Counted from the first letter of the stretch, positions 48,204 to 57,287 are shown. The stretch: DNA of 64,000 bases from a virus (IMGVR_UViG_3300042197_002234:131528-195527), one strand, 5' to 3'. The notes: generated by a model from the sequence alone, not told the origin. Translations and numbers: made by a program.

Positions 48204-49224
48204 GTTAATAAATATATTATGGAACGTATAAATGTGAATAACTTTTTTATTATGAATTGGTCCTGACAGTATGACAGAGGGGAAAATTGTTGAAAACTTT
48301 TTGTTAAAAAACTTGTTTTTGTCAAAATGTCAGTCTTGCTCGATGATGGGGATAATCCCCTCACAGGGAAATCAGCTAACACAAGTTCCCACTTTTTCCC
48401 ACCATAACATACCGATTTCCTTTGTGGCTATACCGTAATGAGGATTTTTTCCCCTCTGACAATAGTCTAAACAATACTTTTTTTACTATATGTATTTCCC
48501 AGTAAATAATGTACTTAACGGTACATAGAGCGGGGAAACACGTAGTGTGTTAGAAACTAACACCCGATTACCATGAGATGTGTTAGAAATAATCTTCAAC
48601 CCCCGACTATAAGGAGGTTTAGTGGACCAATATAGACCACTTAATAGACCATTATATCACCCACCATAACAACAACTTATGGACATCTAAGACATGTGGG
48701 GGAAAGTGGGAGTGTCGAAGACCGACCACAGGGAGTTATCGTTTATATCCTTATTGTCAGGTTTCACCTGACCATGGTGATATACTATACAACTCCCTAA
48801 TTATACCATTTAGTATAATACCATAAGGTATAAAATAATATATACCCTTTAGGGTATTACTCTATACAATACCATATATATTATACCCTATCAGGTCCAT
48901 TATTGTGTTGACCATAATAAAGGGGGGGCAGTATAATGGGGGGATTTTACCGTATGGTAATAATATGACGGTAAAGTATTGGTCTATATAGGAATATTCC
49001 TGAACGGTAATATTTACTCTCGTTTTTAATACGAAGGTAATGTTTACCCACATATTCCTTTTCGTAATCCCCATTACTGTAATGACCATTACGATAAATG
49101 GAACGATGGATTAAGAAATGAAGATTCTAATGGAACGAAACGCCAGTGGAGTGGAATGGTCACGATAGTGAAGAATCTGAATTACTTAATTCATTGTTTC
49201 GTTTATCCTTATATTTATATCTAT

Positions 49225-49530
49225 ATGAAGTATATCATAACTAATAAACAACTACATAACCTAATGACTAATCACTTAAATCAATTTATGGATAGTCGTG
49301 ATGTTAGTAAGTTTGATAACTTTATTATCATTTCAGAAACTGACGAATTATATGATTTTAACAATGTTAGTATTGAATACGATTACGAAGATGGTAGATT
49401 GTTTATTGATGAACACTTTATAAACGATTTCATTTCTTGGTTCCCAGTTGGTGTAGAAAGCGCTGAGGATTTCATAAAAGATTGGTTTGAAGAAACCTTT
49501 AACGTTAAAGTAGAATATACACAATCGTAG
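49225..49530 (+). CDS. MKYIIT-leader W[VF]E-family protein, array-less
   Basis: C-terminus IKDWFEETFNVKVEY; ATATTTAT at 49211. Confidence 0.7.
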   Translation: MKYIITNKQLHNLMTNHLNQFMDSRDVSKFDNFIIISETDELYDFNNVSIEYDYEDGRLFIDEHFINDFISWFPVGVESAEDFIKDWFEETFNVKVEYTQS

Positions 49531-49531
49531 T

Positions 49532-49966
49532 ATGAAAATAGTAATCACAGAATCTAAAATGCAAAGTGCACTTCTTAAGTTACTTAAGATTACATTCCCT
49601 GGCTTTGAGGATATATACTACGATTGGGCTAACTATAATTGTGGTATGGGTGAATGTTGTGACCCTTATGCCATTGGATTTGTTCTATCCCAAAACAATT
49701 ATGACGATTACCTATTTAAGTTGGTTGAAAGTAAGTATTATGATGATGATGGTGATTACTCTAGAAACCTTAGTGATGACCTACCTGAACTCTGTTATGA
49801 GTCACCTGATGTTAGAGACCCTCGTTTTGATGTTATTATATTTTATGAAGTATTCGCTGAAGAACTTGAACAATACTTGGGACCAAAGTCTCTATGGGAA
49901 AATGAATTATTAAATTTATTAAACAGAATGTTCTTTATGGACGCTAAAACAATTTTATTTATATGA
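49532..49966 (+). CDS. MKIVITE-leader protein
   Basis: Leader; coupled to neighbours. Confidence 0.65.
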   Translation: MKIVITESKMQSALLKLLKITFPGFEDIYYDWANYNCGMGECCDPYAIGFVLSQNNYDDYLFKLVESKYYDDDGDYSRNLSDDLPELCYESPDVRDPRFDVIIFYEVFAEELEQYLGPKSLWENELLNLLNRMFFMDAKTILFI

Positions 49967-50367
49967 AATTTATTATTACTGAAAATCAACAAGAAAATAT
50001 TATAAAACAATTGGTTAAATCTAATGGGTTTAGATTTGCATCTCGTGTTGTTGGTAGTCCTGATAGAGTTATTGATATAGGATTTAATAATGACCCGAAT
50101 GAATTTTTAAAATTATTTAATGACATGAGTGTTCGTAAACTTAAATCAACACTATGGGTTTATAGTACAGATGGTCATAACATTGTATTATATAATCCTA
50201 GAAAAAAAGAAGCCACCGTAAACTATAATGATTTCTATGAAGTTCTTATTGAGGGATTTAAGCTTACGAGTCAAGAAGTTAGGTCAATAACTGAAAAGTT
50301 ATTATTGGACAATTATAAAATAAAAGTTAATAAGATTGGTTTTTTCCCTATTAATCAATCGTTATAG
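49963..50367 (+). CDS. MKFIITE-leader protein
   Basis: Leader; coupled to neighbours. Confidence 0.65.
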   Translation: MKFIITENQQENIIKQLVKSNGFRFASRVVGSPDRVIDIGFNNDPNEFLKLFNDMSVRKLKSTLWVYSTDGHNIVLYNPRKKEATVNYNDFYEVLIEGFKLTSQEVRSITEKLLLDNYKIKVNKIGFFPINQSL

Positions 50368-50373
50368 TAAAAT

Positions 50374-50703
50374 ATGAAATACATTATAACAGAATCTAAA
50401 ATTAATACGTTAATTGATAAATTTATCACACAACAGTTTGGTAAACTAAATCATGAGTTTGACGGTGATAGACTTATATTGGTTAGTGACACTGGTGAAC
50501 CTATGATTGTTATTGTGGATAGAGGTGACGGACCTGAGGTTCACGTTGATATGGATGTCTATGGTGCCATTTATAATATGTTCTCCATGAATGATTTTGA
50601 GGATATTCAGTCCTCTTTAATTAAATGGTTTCGTAAACACTATAATATATCCGTGGACGATATATTTACATTTGCCAGTGGTGAAGAAAATTATATATAT
50701 TAA
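50374..50703 (+). CDS. MKYIITE-leader W[VF]E-family-like protein
   Basis: LIKWFRKHYNISVDD C-terminus. Confidence 0.65.
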   Translation: MKYIITESKINTLIDKFITQQFGKLNHEFDGDRLILVSDTGEPMIVIVDRGDGPEVHVDMDVYGAIYNMFSMNDFEDIQSSLIKWFRKHYNISVDDIFTFASGEENYIY

Positions 50704-51540
50704 TTACCACTGTCTTTCTTCAGGAGGAAATGTATTTATATAATCCTCCACTTCCACGTAATTATCACCAATCCATTTTCTTAATTCTTTGCTAAGTTCA
50801 TATACGAACTCATCCTCACTAAGGTAACGCCAATTCTTATACTTAATAACAACCAATACTCTTTTTCTATCATTAACAATACCTACATCTGATACACTAA
50901 CTTTTACATCAGCATCAATTAACTCACAAGCACTAAATGAAATAATTTCATCATCTTCTGAGTTCATTATTTCACAAGTAAGTTTCATATCATTTACTAT
51001 ATCATCAACAAGTTTCTGAATACGTTCCCTCCTAATTTGGTATTGTGGTTTTTCAATTTCCTCATTCATGTTTCTTATTATTTTTCTTATGGATTCATAT
51101 AAGTTCGGCGAATCTTTGTTCCATTTTTTTACATCACCACTTCCTGTTCCTTCATACTTTAGAGTTATTGCTTCTTTTGGTATATCTTGAAATGTTACAA
51201 TATGTTTTTTTGTTGACTCAAAGTGTCTATCTTTATACCATTTAACATCAGGAATCATCCTTGTGTCTATAAACCATATATCATCATCGTATGATGAATC
51301 GAACCACGCTCTTTTATTTGTTGAATTGGTTGCAAATATTGCTGGTTTACATTTAACTCCATAACCCACATATATTTTATAACATTCCCCCGCCCTTACT
51401 TTAAGTCCCTGTTCCATTATCTTATCTCTAAACATTGGATTAGACTTATGAACAATAATTGAATTGGGTATGATTTCTTTCCCTGCTGGAGAATAATCAT
51501 CTTCCCTTAATATTCTTCTTATGGATTCTTGTAGGTTCAT
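50704..51540 (-). CDS. MNLQE-leader fusion protein; N-terminal ADP-ribosyltransferase-like domain
   Basis: VHKS.....DKIMEQGL...AIFAT pattern; internal second leader NLYESIRKIIR. Confidence 0.55.
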   Translation of the reverse strand: MNLQESIRRILREDDYSPAGKEIIPNSIIVHKSNPMFRDKIMEQGLKVRAGECYKIYVGYGVKCKPAIFATNSTNKRAWFDSSYDDDIWFIDTRMIPDVKWYKDRHFESTKKHIVTFQDIPKEAITLKYEGTGSGDVKKWNKDSPNLYESIRKIIRNMNEEIEKPQYQIRRERIQKLVDDIVNDMKLTCEIMNSEDDEIISFSACELIDADVKVSVSDVGIVNDRKRVLVVIKYKNWRYLSEDEFVYELSKELRKWIGDNYVEVEDYINTFPPEERQW

Positions 51541-51541
51541 A

Positions 51542-52069
51542 TTAATCTAACCATTTTGCGTTTAATCCTATATATACATTGGGTTGTATGAATCCGTCAG
51601 GGAATTGAATGAATGTTTGTGTCGTTCTATGCCACCCTTCACCTAATTCATATTTACCATCTTTGGTTTCAAATAAAATAATTGGTTCTTGTGATATGCC
51701 TTTGCTTTGAAGTAATTCTTTTTGTGTTTCGTGTCTTTCAGTATCTTTTTCCACATCTTGTCTTACTTCACCTTGAATTCTACTTTCCAATTGTTTTTTT
51801 GTGTTTTCAGTAAAAATATCCATTGACATTGGAAAATCTTTTTCATATACCCACTCTAAATCTTTTACCCATTCATCAATCCATTCTGTAATACCTTCAT
51901 ATGTGTTTACATCATCTGATTGTGTTATCATTTTATAAACCCAATCTCTTAATACATATTCAGGAGTGTTTGGTAATTTTTTTTTTAACCAATTAAACAT
52001 TCCTTGTCTTGTTTCAGTAACAATCCCCATCATTTGTCTAATTCTTTGTATGTTTTCTTGTAGGTTCAT
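51542..52069 (-). CDS. MNLQE-leader ParB/sulfiredoxin-like domain protein
   Basis: EPIILFETKDGKYELGEGWHRT. Confidence 0.6.
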   Translation of the reverse strand: MNLQENIQRIRQMMGIVTETRQGMFNWLKKKLPNTPEYVLRDWVYKMITQSDDVNTYEGITEWIDEWVKDLEWVYEKDFPMSMDIFTENTKKQLESRIQGEVRQDVEKDTERHETQKELLQSKGISQEPIILFETKDGKYELGEGWHRTTQTFIQFPDGFIQPNVYIGLNAKWLD

Positions 52070-52497
52070 ATCGTATAACAAAATTTAACTTCTAATTCTA
52101 TCTCATCCCATAATGGATTATTTTTATCCATATAGTTTTGTAATAAATAGATTGCAGATATTCTATGTGCCCCATCTTGAATTACATCATCCACAACAAT
52201 AATTGGTGGTAAGTTTCTCAACGACTTTGGATTTCGTTTCATGTATCTTGCATACTCAACAACTTTTTTGGTTACACCCCAACTATAATCGTCATTAAGA
52301 ACATCTTCTAAAACTTCTTTGTAATAAGGAATTCTTTGTATTCTACCATCTAATATTTCGTCAATTGTAAGATAATCGGTATCACAATCCATATTATCCA
52401 TTTCATAGTTTGATAATGGTTTTCCTGATGACTCACCAGGTTGTGGGACATTTAATTCTTCCCTTAATATTCTTCTTATGTTTTCTTGTAGGTTCAT
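52066..52497 (-). CDS. MNLQE-leader ParB/sulfiredoxin-like domain protein
   Basis: LPPIIVVDDVIQDGAHRISA. Confidence 0.65.
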   Translation of the reverse strand: MNLQENIRRILREELNVPQPGESSGKPLSNYEMDNMDCDTDYLTIDEILDGRIQRIPYYKEVLEDVLNDDYSWGVTKKVVEYARYMKRNPKSLRNLPPIIVVDDVIQDGAHRISAIYLLQNYMDKNNPLWDEIELEVKFCYTI

Positions 52498-52979
52498 TTC
52501 TTCGTTTTCTTTACACAATTAGGGTATCTCTTACCAAACATTGTCTTCATTCCTTTTTGGGTGTATCCTGGCCAACACTTTTCTGTTAACTCACCTTCAT
52601 TCTGTTCTTGTTTCTGTAATCTAATTGTCTTTTCCTTTGACTTTTCTTTTACAGTTTCAATATAGTCGTATGCTCTTTTTAACCTTTGTTTTGTTTCTGG
52701 GTCTTTTGCGTTTTGATATGCGGCTCTTACTCTTTGGTGTATAAGATTAATTATCTGTGATTGTCTCTTATGGGGTTTAGATTTGAAACTATCTTTGTTT
52801 AATGTATCCACGATATCCTCTTTTGTTCTAAACTTTACAGATACCGTATCATTTGGATTCTCGTCGGTATATAATCTTCTTCCTGAACCTTTGGGTTTCT
52901 TACCTGTTCCTGTCTTGGGGTCAGATTCATTCAATAGTTCTTCCCTTAATATTCTTCTTATGGATTCTTGTAGTGTCAT
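52494..52979 (-). CDS. MTLQE-leader basic protein with C-terminal CWxGY module
   Basis: SGRRLYTDENP domain; CWPGYTQKGMKTMFGKRYPNCV tail. Confidence 0.65.
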   Translation of the reverse strand: MTLQESIRRILREELLNESDPKTGTGKKPKGSGRRLYTDENPNDTVSVKFRTKEDIVDTLNKDSFKSKPHKRQSQIINLIHQRVRAAYQNAKDPETKQRLKRAYDYIETVKEKSKEKTIRLQKQEQNEGELTEKCWPGYTQKGMKTMFGKRYPNCVKKTKK

Positions 52980-52989
52980 ATTAATACTT

Positions 52990-53580
52990 TTAAAATCCTA
53001 ATTGTTTTCTTCTTTCTACAGTATCTACAATGTCCAGATAGAAATCTTCAAGGTCTCTTTCTCCTGATTTAATTTTATCAATTATTTCATCTCTTCTATA
53101 TGCCGTATTTTTATTAATAAAATCAATCATTTCTTCATCAGTAATTCCTTCAGGTTTTGTTGGTTCAGGAATACAATCATATTCTTCGGTGTAATCAATA
53201 TCCGTTATATATAAACCACTTTCTCCAGTTATTTTTTCAAATTCAGGCACCATAGTTTCATCATACCATTCCTCAATTATTTGAACTATGTATGATTTTC
53301 TCACACTAAAAAAAGATTGTAGGTCATCGATAAGTGATTCTGAAACCATTAAACTCCCATTTATGAATTCTTCGTCGTCAAAGTAATAAACTACTGTGAT
53401 GGTTTCTTTTCCGTTAACGCACCAATCTTCTCGTAAATTACCATAAGTACGAGATTTAATCCCTATTTTTCGTCTACCTTTTGAAATATACGTGTTTAAA
53501 TAATTCTTTATTGAGTCACTAATTTTGGGACTAGAAGTTAAAAACTTTTTATATTGTGTTTCAGTAATAATAAATCTCAT
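52990..53580 (-). CDS. MRFIITE-leader protein
   Basis: Start reassigned; ATATTTAT at 53609-53616 on minus strand. Confidence 0.65.
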   Translation of the reverse strand: MRFIITETQYKKFLTSSPKISDSIKNYLNTYISKGRRKIGIKSRTYGNLREDWCVNGKETITVVYYFDDEEFINGSLMVSESLIDDLQSFFSVRKSYIVQIIEEWYDETMVPEFEKITGESGLYITDIDYTEEYDCIPEPTKPEGITDEEMIDFINKNTAYRRDEIIDKIKSGERDLEDFYLDIVDTVERRKQLGF

Positions 53581-53608
53581 ATAATGTTTTCTGTTAAATT
53601 CACTATTA

Positions 53609-53627
53609 ATAAATATTCGATATTTAT
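53609..53627. promoter_or_regulatory. Back-to-back ATATTTAT motifs serving divergent leader-bearing genes
   Basis: ATAAATAT 53609-53616 and ATATTTAT 53620-53627; same layout at 38837-38862 and 7323-7345. Confidence 0.6.
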
Positions 53628-53634
53628 CTTTAAG

Positions 53635-53922
53635 ATGAAACTCATTATAAAAGAAGCACAAGTAAGTCAATTGTTAAGTGTTTATGATAGACTGATGAAC
53701 TCAGAACAGTATGATGGTGTCTGTAACATTAATATTGATTACGATGAAATTATGGATAGGTTCGTATTGAACGTGTTTTTTAATCGTAGTTTTATTATAA
53801 ATCTTGGGTCAGGAGGTCAACAGTCTCGTTACTTAAAAAAAACTTTTAATGAGATTGGTAAAAAGTTCTTATCTTTTACAAATAATAACCCGTTAATGTA
53901 CCAACACTTTTCAGATTGTTAA
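53635..53922 (+). CDS. MKLIIKE-leader protein
   Basis: Start reassigned. Confidence 0.6.
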   Translation: MKLIIKEAQVSQLLSVYDRLMNSEQYDGVCNINIDYDEIMDRFVLNVFFNRSFIINLGSGGQQSRYLKKTFNEIGKKFLSFTNNNPLMYQHFSDC

Positions 53923-53926
53923 TAAC

Positions 53927-54289
53927 ATGAAAATTATAATAACAGAGTCTAAATTAGAAGATACTATCCTTAAGTTTTTGGACAATAATAATTTTGTTGT
54001 TTATAAAGGAGGAAGAAGTTTCAACTCTTACATTTATTTTTTGGAAGATGGAGATGATAATCAAGCAATGATTAGTGTGTATCATAGAAACGCTTTTGGA
54101 GAAATTAGAAATTGGGTTTATGTTAATCCCAAACTAATTAATCGTGTAACTTTATTTGTTCCTATTGATGAAAAAGATTTTTTAAATATTGTTTCACATT
54201 GGGTGAGTAATGTTTTAAATATGAAAATAAATAGTGTTGAAAACGCATTCCGTACAGACCAAGGACATAGATTGGATGTACGTCTTTAA
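53927..54289 (+). CDS. MKIIITE-leader W[VF]E-family protein
   Basis: SHWVSNVLNMKINS...LDVRL tail, aligns loosely with repeat-spacer-LNIP tails but shows no DNA repeat. Confidence 0.65.
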   Translation: MKIIITESKLEDTILKFLDNNNFVVYKGGRSFNSYIYFLEDGDDNQAMISVYHRNAFGEIRNWVYVNPKLINRVTLFVPIDEKDFLNIVSHWVSNVLNMKINSVENAFRTDQGHRLDVRL

Positions 54290-54295
54290 ATTATT

Positions 54296-54577
54296 TTAAA
54301 CACCTGATTTAAGAATAACTTCTAACATATGAATCTTATCCCTATCCTCTTTGGTCTTGGTCTTCTTTGACTTAAGATATTCAATGGCGTTAACAATCTC
54401 TTCCCTTTTATTGATTACAGGAGTTGATTGCTGTGGTTCTATAATAACGGGTTGGATGGTCTCAGGTTTCTGAGGAATTGCATCATCACCACAATACAAT
54501 ATCCACATAGCTCGTAAGACCTTCTTTGGGTCCTTTACGAACATACTCATAACAATGTATATCAAGACTCTTCCCAT
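54296..54577 (-). CDS. Hypothetical protein
   Basis: TATCTTTG promoter 54582-54589. Confidence 0.5.
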   Translation of the reverse strand: MGRVLIYIVMSMFVKDPKKVLRAMWILYCGDDAIPQKPETIQPVIIEPQQSTPVINKREEIVNAIEYLKSKKTKTKEDRDKIHMLEVILKSGV

Positions 54578-54800
54578 AACACAAAGATACAAAAAAACCC
54601 CCATTTTGCAATGAAGGTTCGTTAATTAAATTCCGTCCCATTACAGATTTTCTTCAATCCATTTTTCATCTGTTTCAATCCAAGGCCATCCAGTACATTC
54701 TTTAGAGTATTTTTGAATTAATTCAATAACTTCTTCTCTACTCCAACTATCCTTTGGTTCTTTGATAAAATCATCTATTGTTTTTTCCATAATTTAAATT

Positions 54801-55064
54801 TTAAAAATTACCCCAATCTGTTAAATCTATTTCGTCCCCAAGTAATTCATCTTTAACCTTAACAATAGTACCAAGACCTGTTGGCGTAAACATAAATGTC
54901 CATCTCTCACCTGCAGTAGGAAATGTTGGGTCTTTCTTTTTTTGTTTTTTTCTCCATGATTCAAACTTTTTAATCATGTCTTTATCTAACTCAAAGTTCA
55001 TATTATTGTGGATTAAATAATTCAAAATCTGTGTTTTCGTCCATTTCTTTCCAACCACCTTCAC
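54801..55064 (-). CDS. Hypothetical protein
   Basis: C-terminal GERWTFMFTPTGLGTIVKV...DLTDW pattern; true start uncertain. Confidence 0.5.
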   Translation of the reverse strand: MKVVGKKWTKTQILNYLIHNNMNFELDKDMIKKFESWRKKQKKKDPTFPTAGERWTFMFTPTGLGTIVKVKDELLGDEIDLTDWGNF

Positions 55065-55254
55065 CTTCCATAGATGTGAAGGCTAACGTAACAATACAAT
55101 TTCGTATATTGTCCATCTCATCAGAAATGTCTTCAGGGTCAATAACGATGGTTGCATCCCAACTCTTGTCCTTGATATTATTATTTAATTTTCGAGTTAA
55201 TGAGTTATAGTTTCTAATTAAACTTTTCCTCAGTCCATCCATTGATACTTCCAT
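55003..55254 (-). CDS. Hypothetical protein
   Basis: 83-aa ORF. Confidence 0.5.
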   Translation of the reverse strand: MEVSMDGLRKSLIRNYNSLTRKLNNNIKDKSWDATIVIDPEDISDEMDNIRNCIVTLAFTSMEGEGGWKEMDENTDFELFNPQ

Positions 55255-55351
55255 ATTATTTCCTTTAATTAAATAAAGGTAATAAATCAGGCCAATACTG
55301 TCAAATCCTGTATTTCTGTGAAGATAATATTTAATTAACTTTTTTAAAAAA

Positions 55352-56071
55352 TCAAAACTTAAGTATCGACCACTCTCCGTTGTAATCTTCCACTAAACAA
55401 GTACTATTTTCACAAAAATCACCTGAATTCATATAATCATTACTTAATTTTGGTTGATGAATGTGTCCACATACTGCAACATCATAACCTTTTTGTTTTG
55501 TTAATCCTTTTGCATTTTCCTCAAAATCAGACACAAAATTAATAGCTCCTTTGACAGATTGTTTTATATCATTAGCCAGTGAATGATATGGTAAATTAAA
55601 TTTTCTTCTGATAAAGTTGTAAACCGTATTTAATCGTATTACAAAATCGTATGACCATCCACCGATAACCGCCAACCATCTAACTTTCATAATCACGAAA
55701 TCTAATACATCACCATGAAAACAAAAATATTTTCTACCGTCAATACCTATATGTACATACTTTCTAACAATCTCAATGTTATTCATCTTGAATGGTACAA
55801 ATGGTTTTAAAAAGTCATCGTGATTACCCCTTATATAAATTACTTTAGTTCCATTCTCACTTCTTTTCATAAACTTTCTGAATATTTTGGAGCATTCTTT
55901 CTTCCACTTACCTCCTGATTTTAGAGCCCATCCATCTATTATATCACCATTTAATATTAATACTTCGGATTCATTGTTTTCTAAAAATTCTATTATTTTG
56001 TTTGTCTGTGATTGTCTCGCCCCTAAATGTAAATCACTCATTATTATTGTTTTCCACTTTCTCATTTCCAA
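55352..56071 (-). CDS. UDP-2,3-diacylglucosamine hydrolase-like (LpxH/LpxI-family) metallophosphoesterase
   Basis: SDLHLG, LNGDIIDGW, RGNHD, HGD, CGHIH, MNSGDF.E. Confidence 0.8.
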   Translation of the reverse strand: MEMRKWKTIIMSDLHLGARQSQTNKIIEFLENNESEVLILNGDIIDGWALKSGGKWKKECSKIFRKFMKRSENGTKVIYIRGNHDDFLKPFVPFKMNNIEIVRKYVHIGIDGRKYFCFHGDVLDFVIMKVRWLAVIGGWSYDFVIRLNTVYNFIRRKFNLPYHSLANDIKQSVKGAINFVSDFEENAKGLTKQKGYDVAVCGHIHQPKLSNDYMNSGDFCENSTCLVEDYNGEWSILKF

Positions 56072-56766
56072 TATGTGTTATGGTCCTTAAAAAACTGTTT
56101 ATTATTTCTGTTTAGAAATGAACCAATCATTAATTTTATCATGTACATTAAACCTTTATTTTCAAATCTCCTCGGTGGTGTATATATAACTTTGTTTAAT
56201 AGTCCAAATTTTTTAGGTTTTACTTGTTTTGATAATAGATAATCTTCCGCAACAATTACATCTTCATCAAAACCATTTAACTCATTAAAAACACTTGTCC
56301 TTATTAACATAAATCCACCTAAACAAAATGGTGATATTGGTTTTGTAATTCTTTGAATTATATCAAAAAACTTAAACACATAATTATATTTACCATTTGT
56401 TGTTCTTACTTTAACTGTTAATAAATCTAATTTGTTTTTTATTATGGTTTTTAAAGATTTGTTAAGGAGATTATTATCCAATATAAACATGTCAGAATCC
56501 AAAAACAAAATAAATGGTGTATTAACCATTTTGGCACCATTATTTCTCGCCTTTGCTGGTAATCCACCATCAACGATAATTAAATCAAAATCATCTTTGT
56601 TTCTGTTTTCTAAAATAAATTTTGTATTGTCATCTGATGAGTCCGCAACTATAACTTTAACACCTTCTATGTCTTTATGATAATTTAATAGTGTTAAGGT
56701 TGTATCAATAGTTTTTGATTCGTTCTTACACGGAATTACAATAGTAATAAATTTTCGTAGTTCCAT
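56062..56766 (-). CDS. Glycosyltransferase family 2
   Basis: VIPCKNE, VADSSDD.T, ARNNGA, FLDSD, GFDE...AEDY. Confidence 0.88.
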   Translation of the reverse strand: MELRKFITIVIPCKNESKTIDTTLTLLNYHKDIEGVKVIVADSSDDNTKFILENRNKDDFDLIIVDGGLPAKARNNGAKMVNTPFILFLDSDMFILDNNLLNKSLKTIIKNKLDLLTVKVRTTNGKYNYVFKFFDIIQRITKPISPFCLGGFMLIRTSVFNELNGFDEDVIVAEDYLLSKQVKPKKFGLLNKVIYTPPRRFENKGLMYMIKLMIGSFLNRNNKQFFKDHNTYWK

Positions 56767-56831
56767 AATGATAAGTATAACATAACGGTTAGGTTTGACA
56801 TTATCAAATTGTTAATAATATCGTTAAATAT

Positions 56832-57287
56832 TTACTTTTTCTTTTTTACACAGTTTGGATATCTTTTACCAAACATAGTCTTCATTCCCTTCTGAGTATA
56901 TCCTTTCCAACATCTTTCAGTTAGTTCAGATTCATTTTGTTCTTGTTTTTCAACACAATTATGATTATAGTACTCCTCCATCATTTTACCATATTTGTGT
57001 TTAAGGTATTTTTGTATCCCAATGTAGATTCTTGTCCATTCATCAGATAAATCATCAATATCACCAAAATAATCATAATACATTCTTTCAATTACCGCAG
57101 AGGTTACAACCTCAATGAACTCATCTGAATCAGTATACCTACATATCTTTTCAGGTCTATAAATTTTATCCATTAGATAAATGAAAAGTTCGTCAACTGC
57201 CGCCAATCGTCTTTTAACTCTCAAAGGAATATTTTCGGAATTAAATTCTTCTTTTAATACTCTTTTTATGGTTTCTTGTAGATTCAT
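56832..57287 (-). CDS. MNLQE-leader protein with C-terminal CWxGY module
   Basis: CWKGYTQKGMKTMFGKRYPNCV tail. Confidence 0.65.
   Translation of the reverse strand: MNLQETIKRVLKEEFNSENIPLRVKRRLAAVDELFIYLMDKIYRPEKICRYTDSDEFIEVVTSAVIERMYYDYFGDIDDLSDEWTRIYIGIQKYLKHKYGKMMEEYYNHNCVEKQEQNESELTERCWKGYTQKGMKTMFGKRYPNCVKKKK

Noticed and set aside
47041-49089. ORFs 47041-47250, 48200-48382 and 48862-49089
   Set aside because: They run through homopolymer or low-complexity tracts, have atypical composition and lack either promoter class; likely non-coding.
53927-54289. Additional mini-array at the 3' end of the 53927 ORF
   Set aside because: The protein tail aligns loosely with the array-bearing paralogs, but there is no repeated DNA and no inverted termini; at most a decayed relic.
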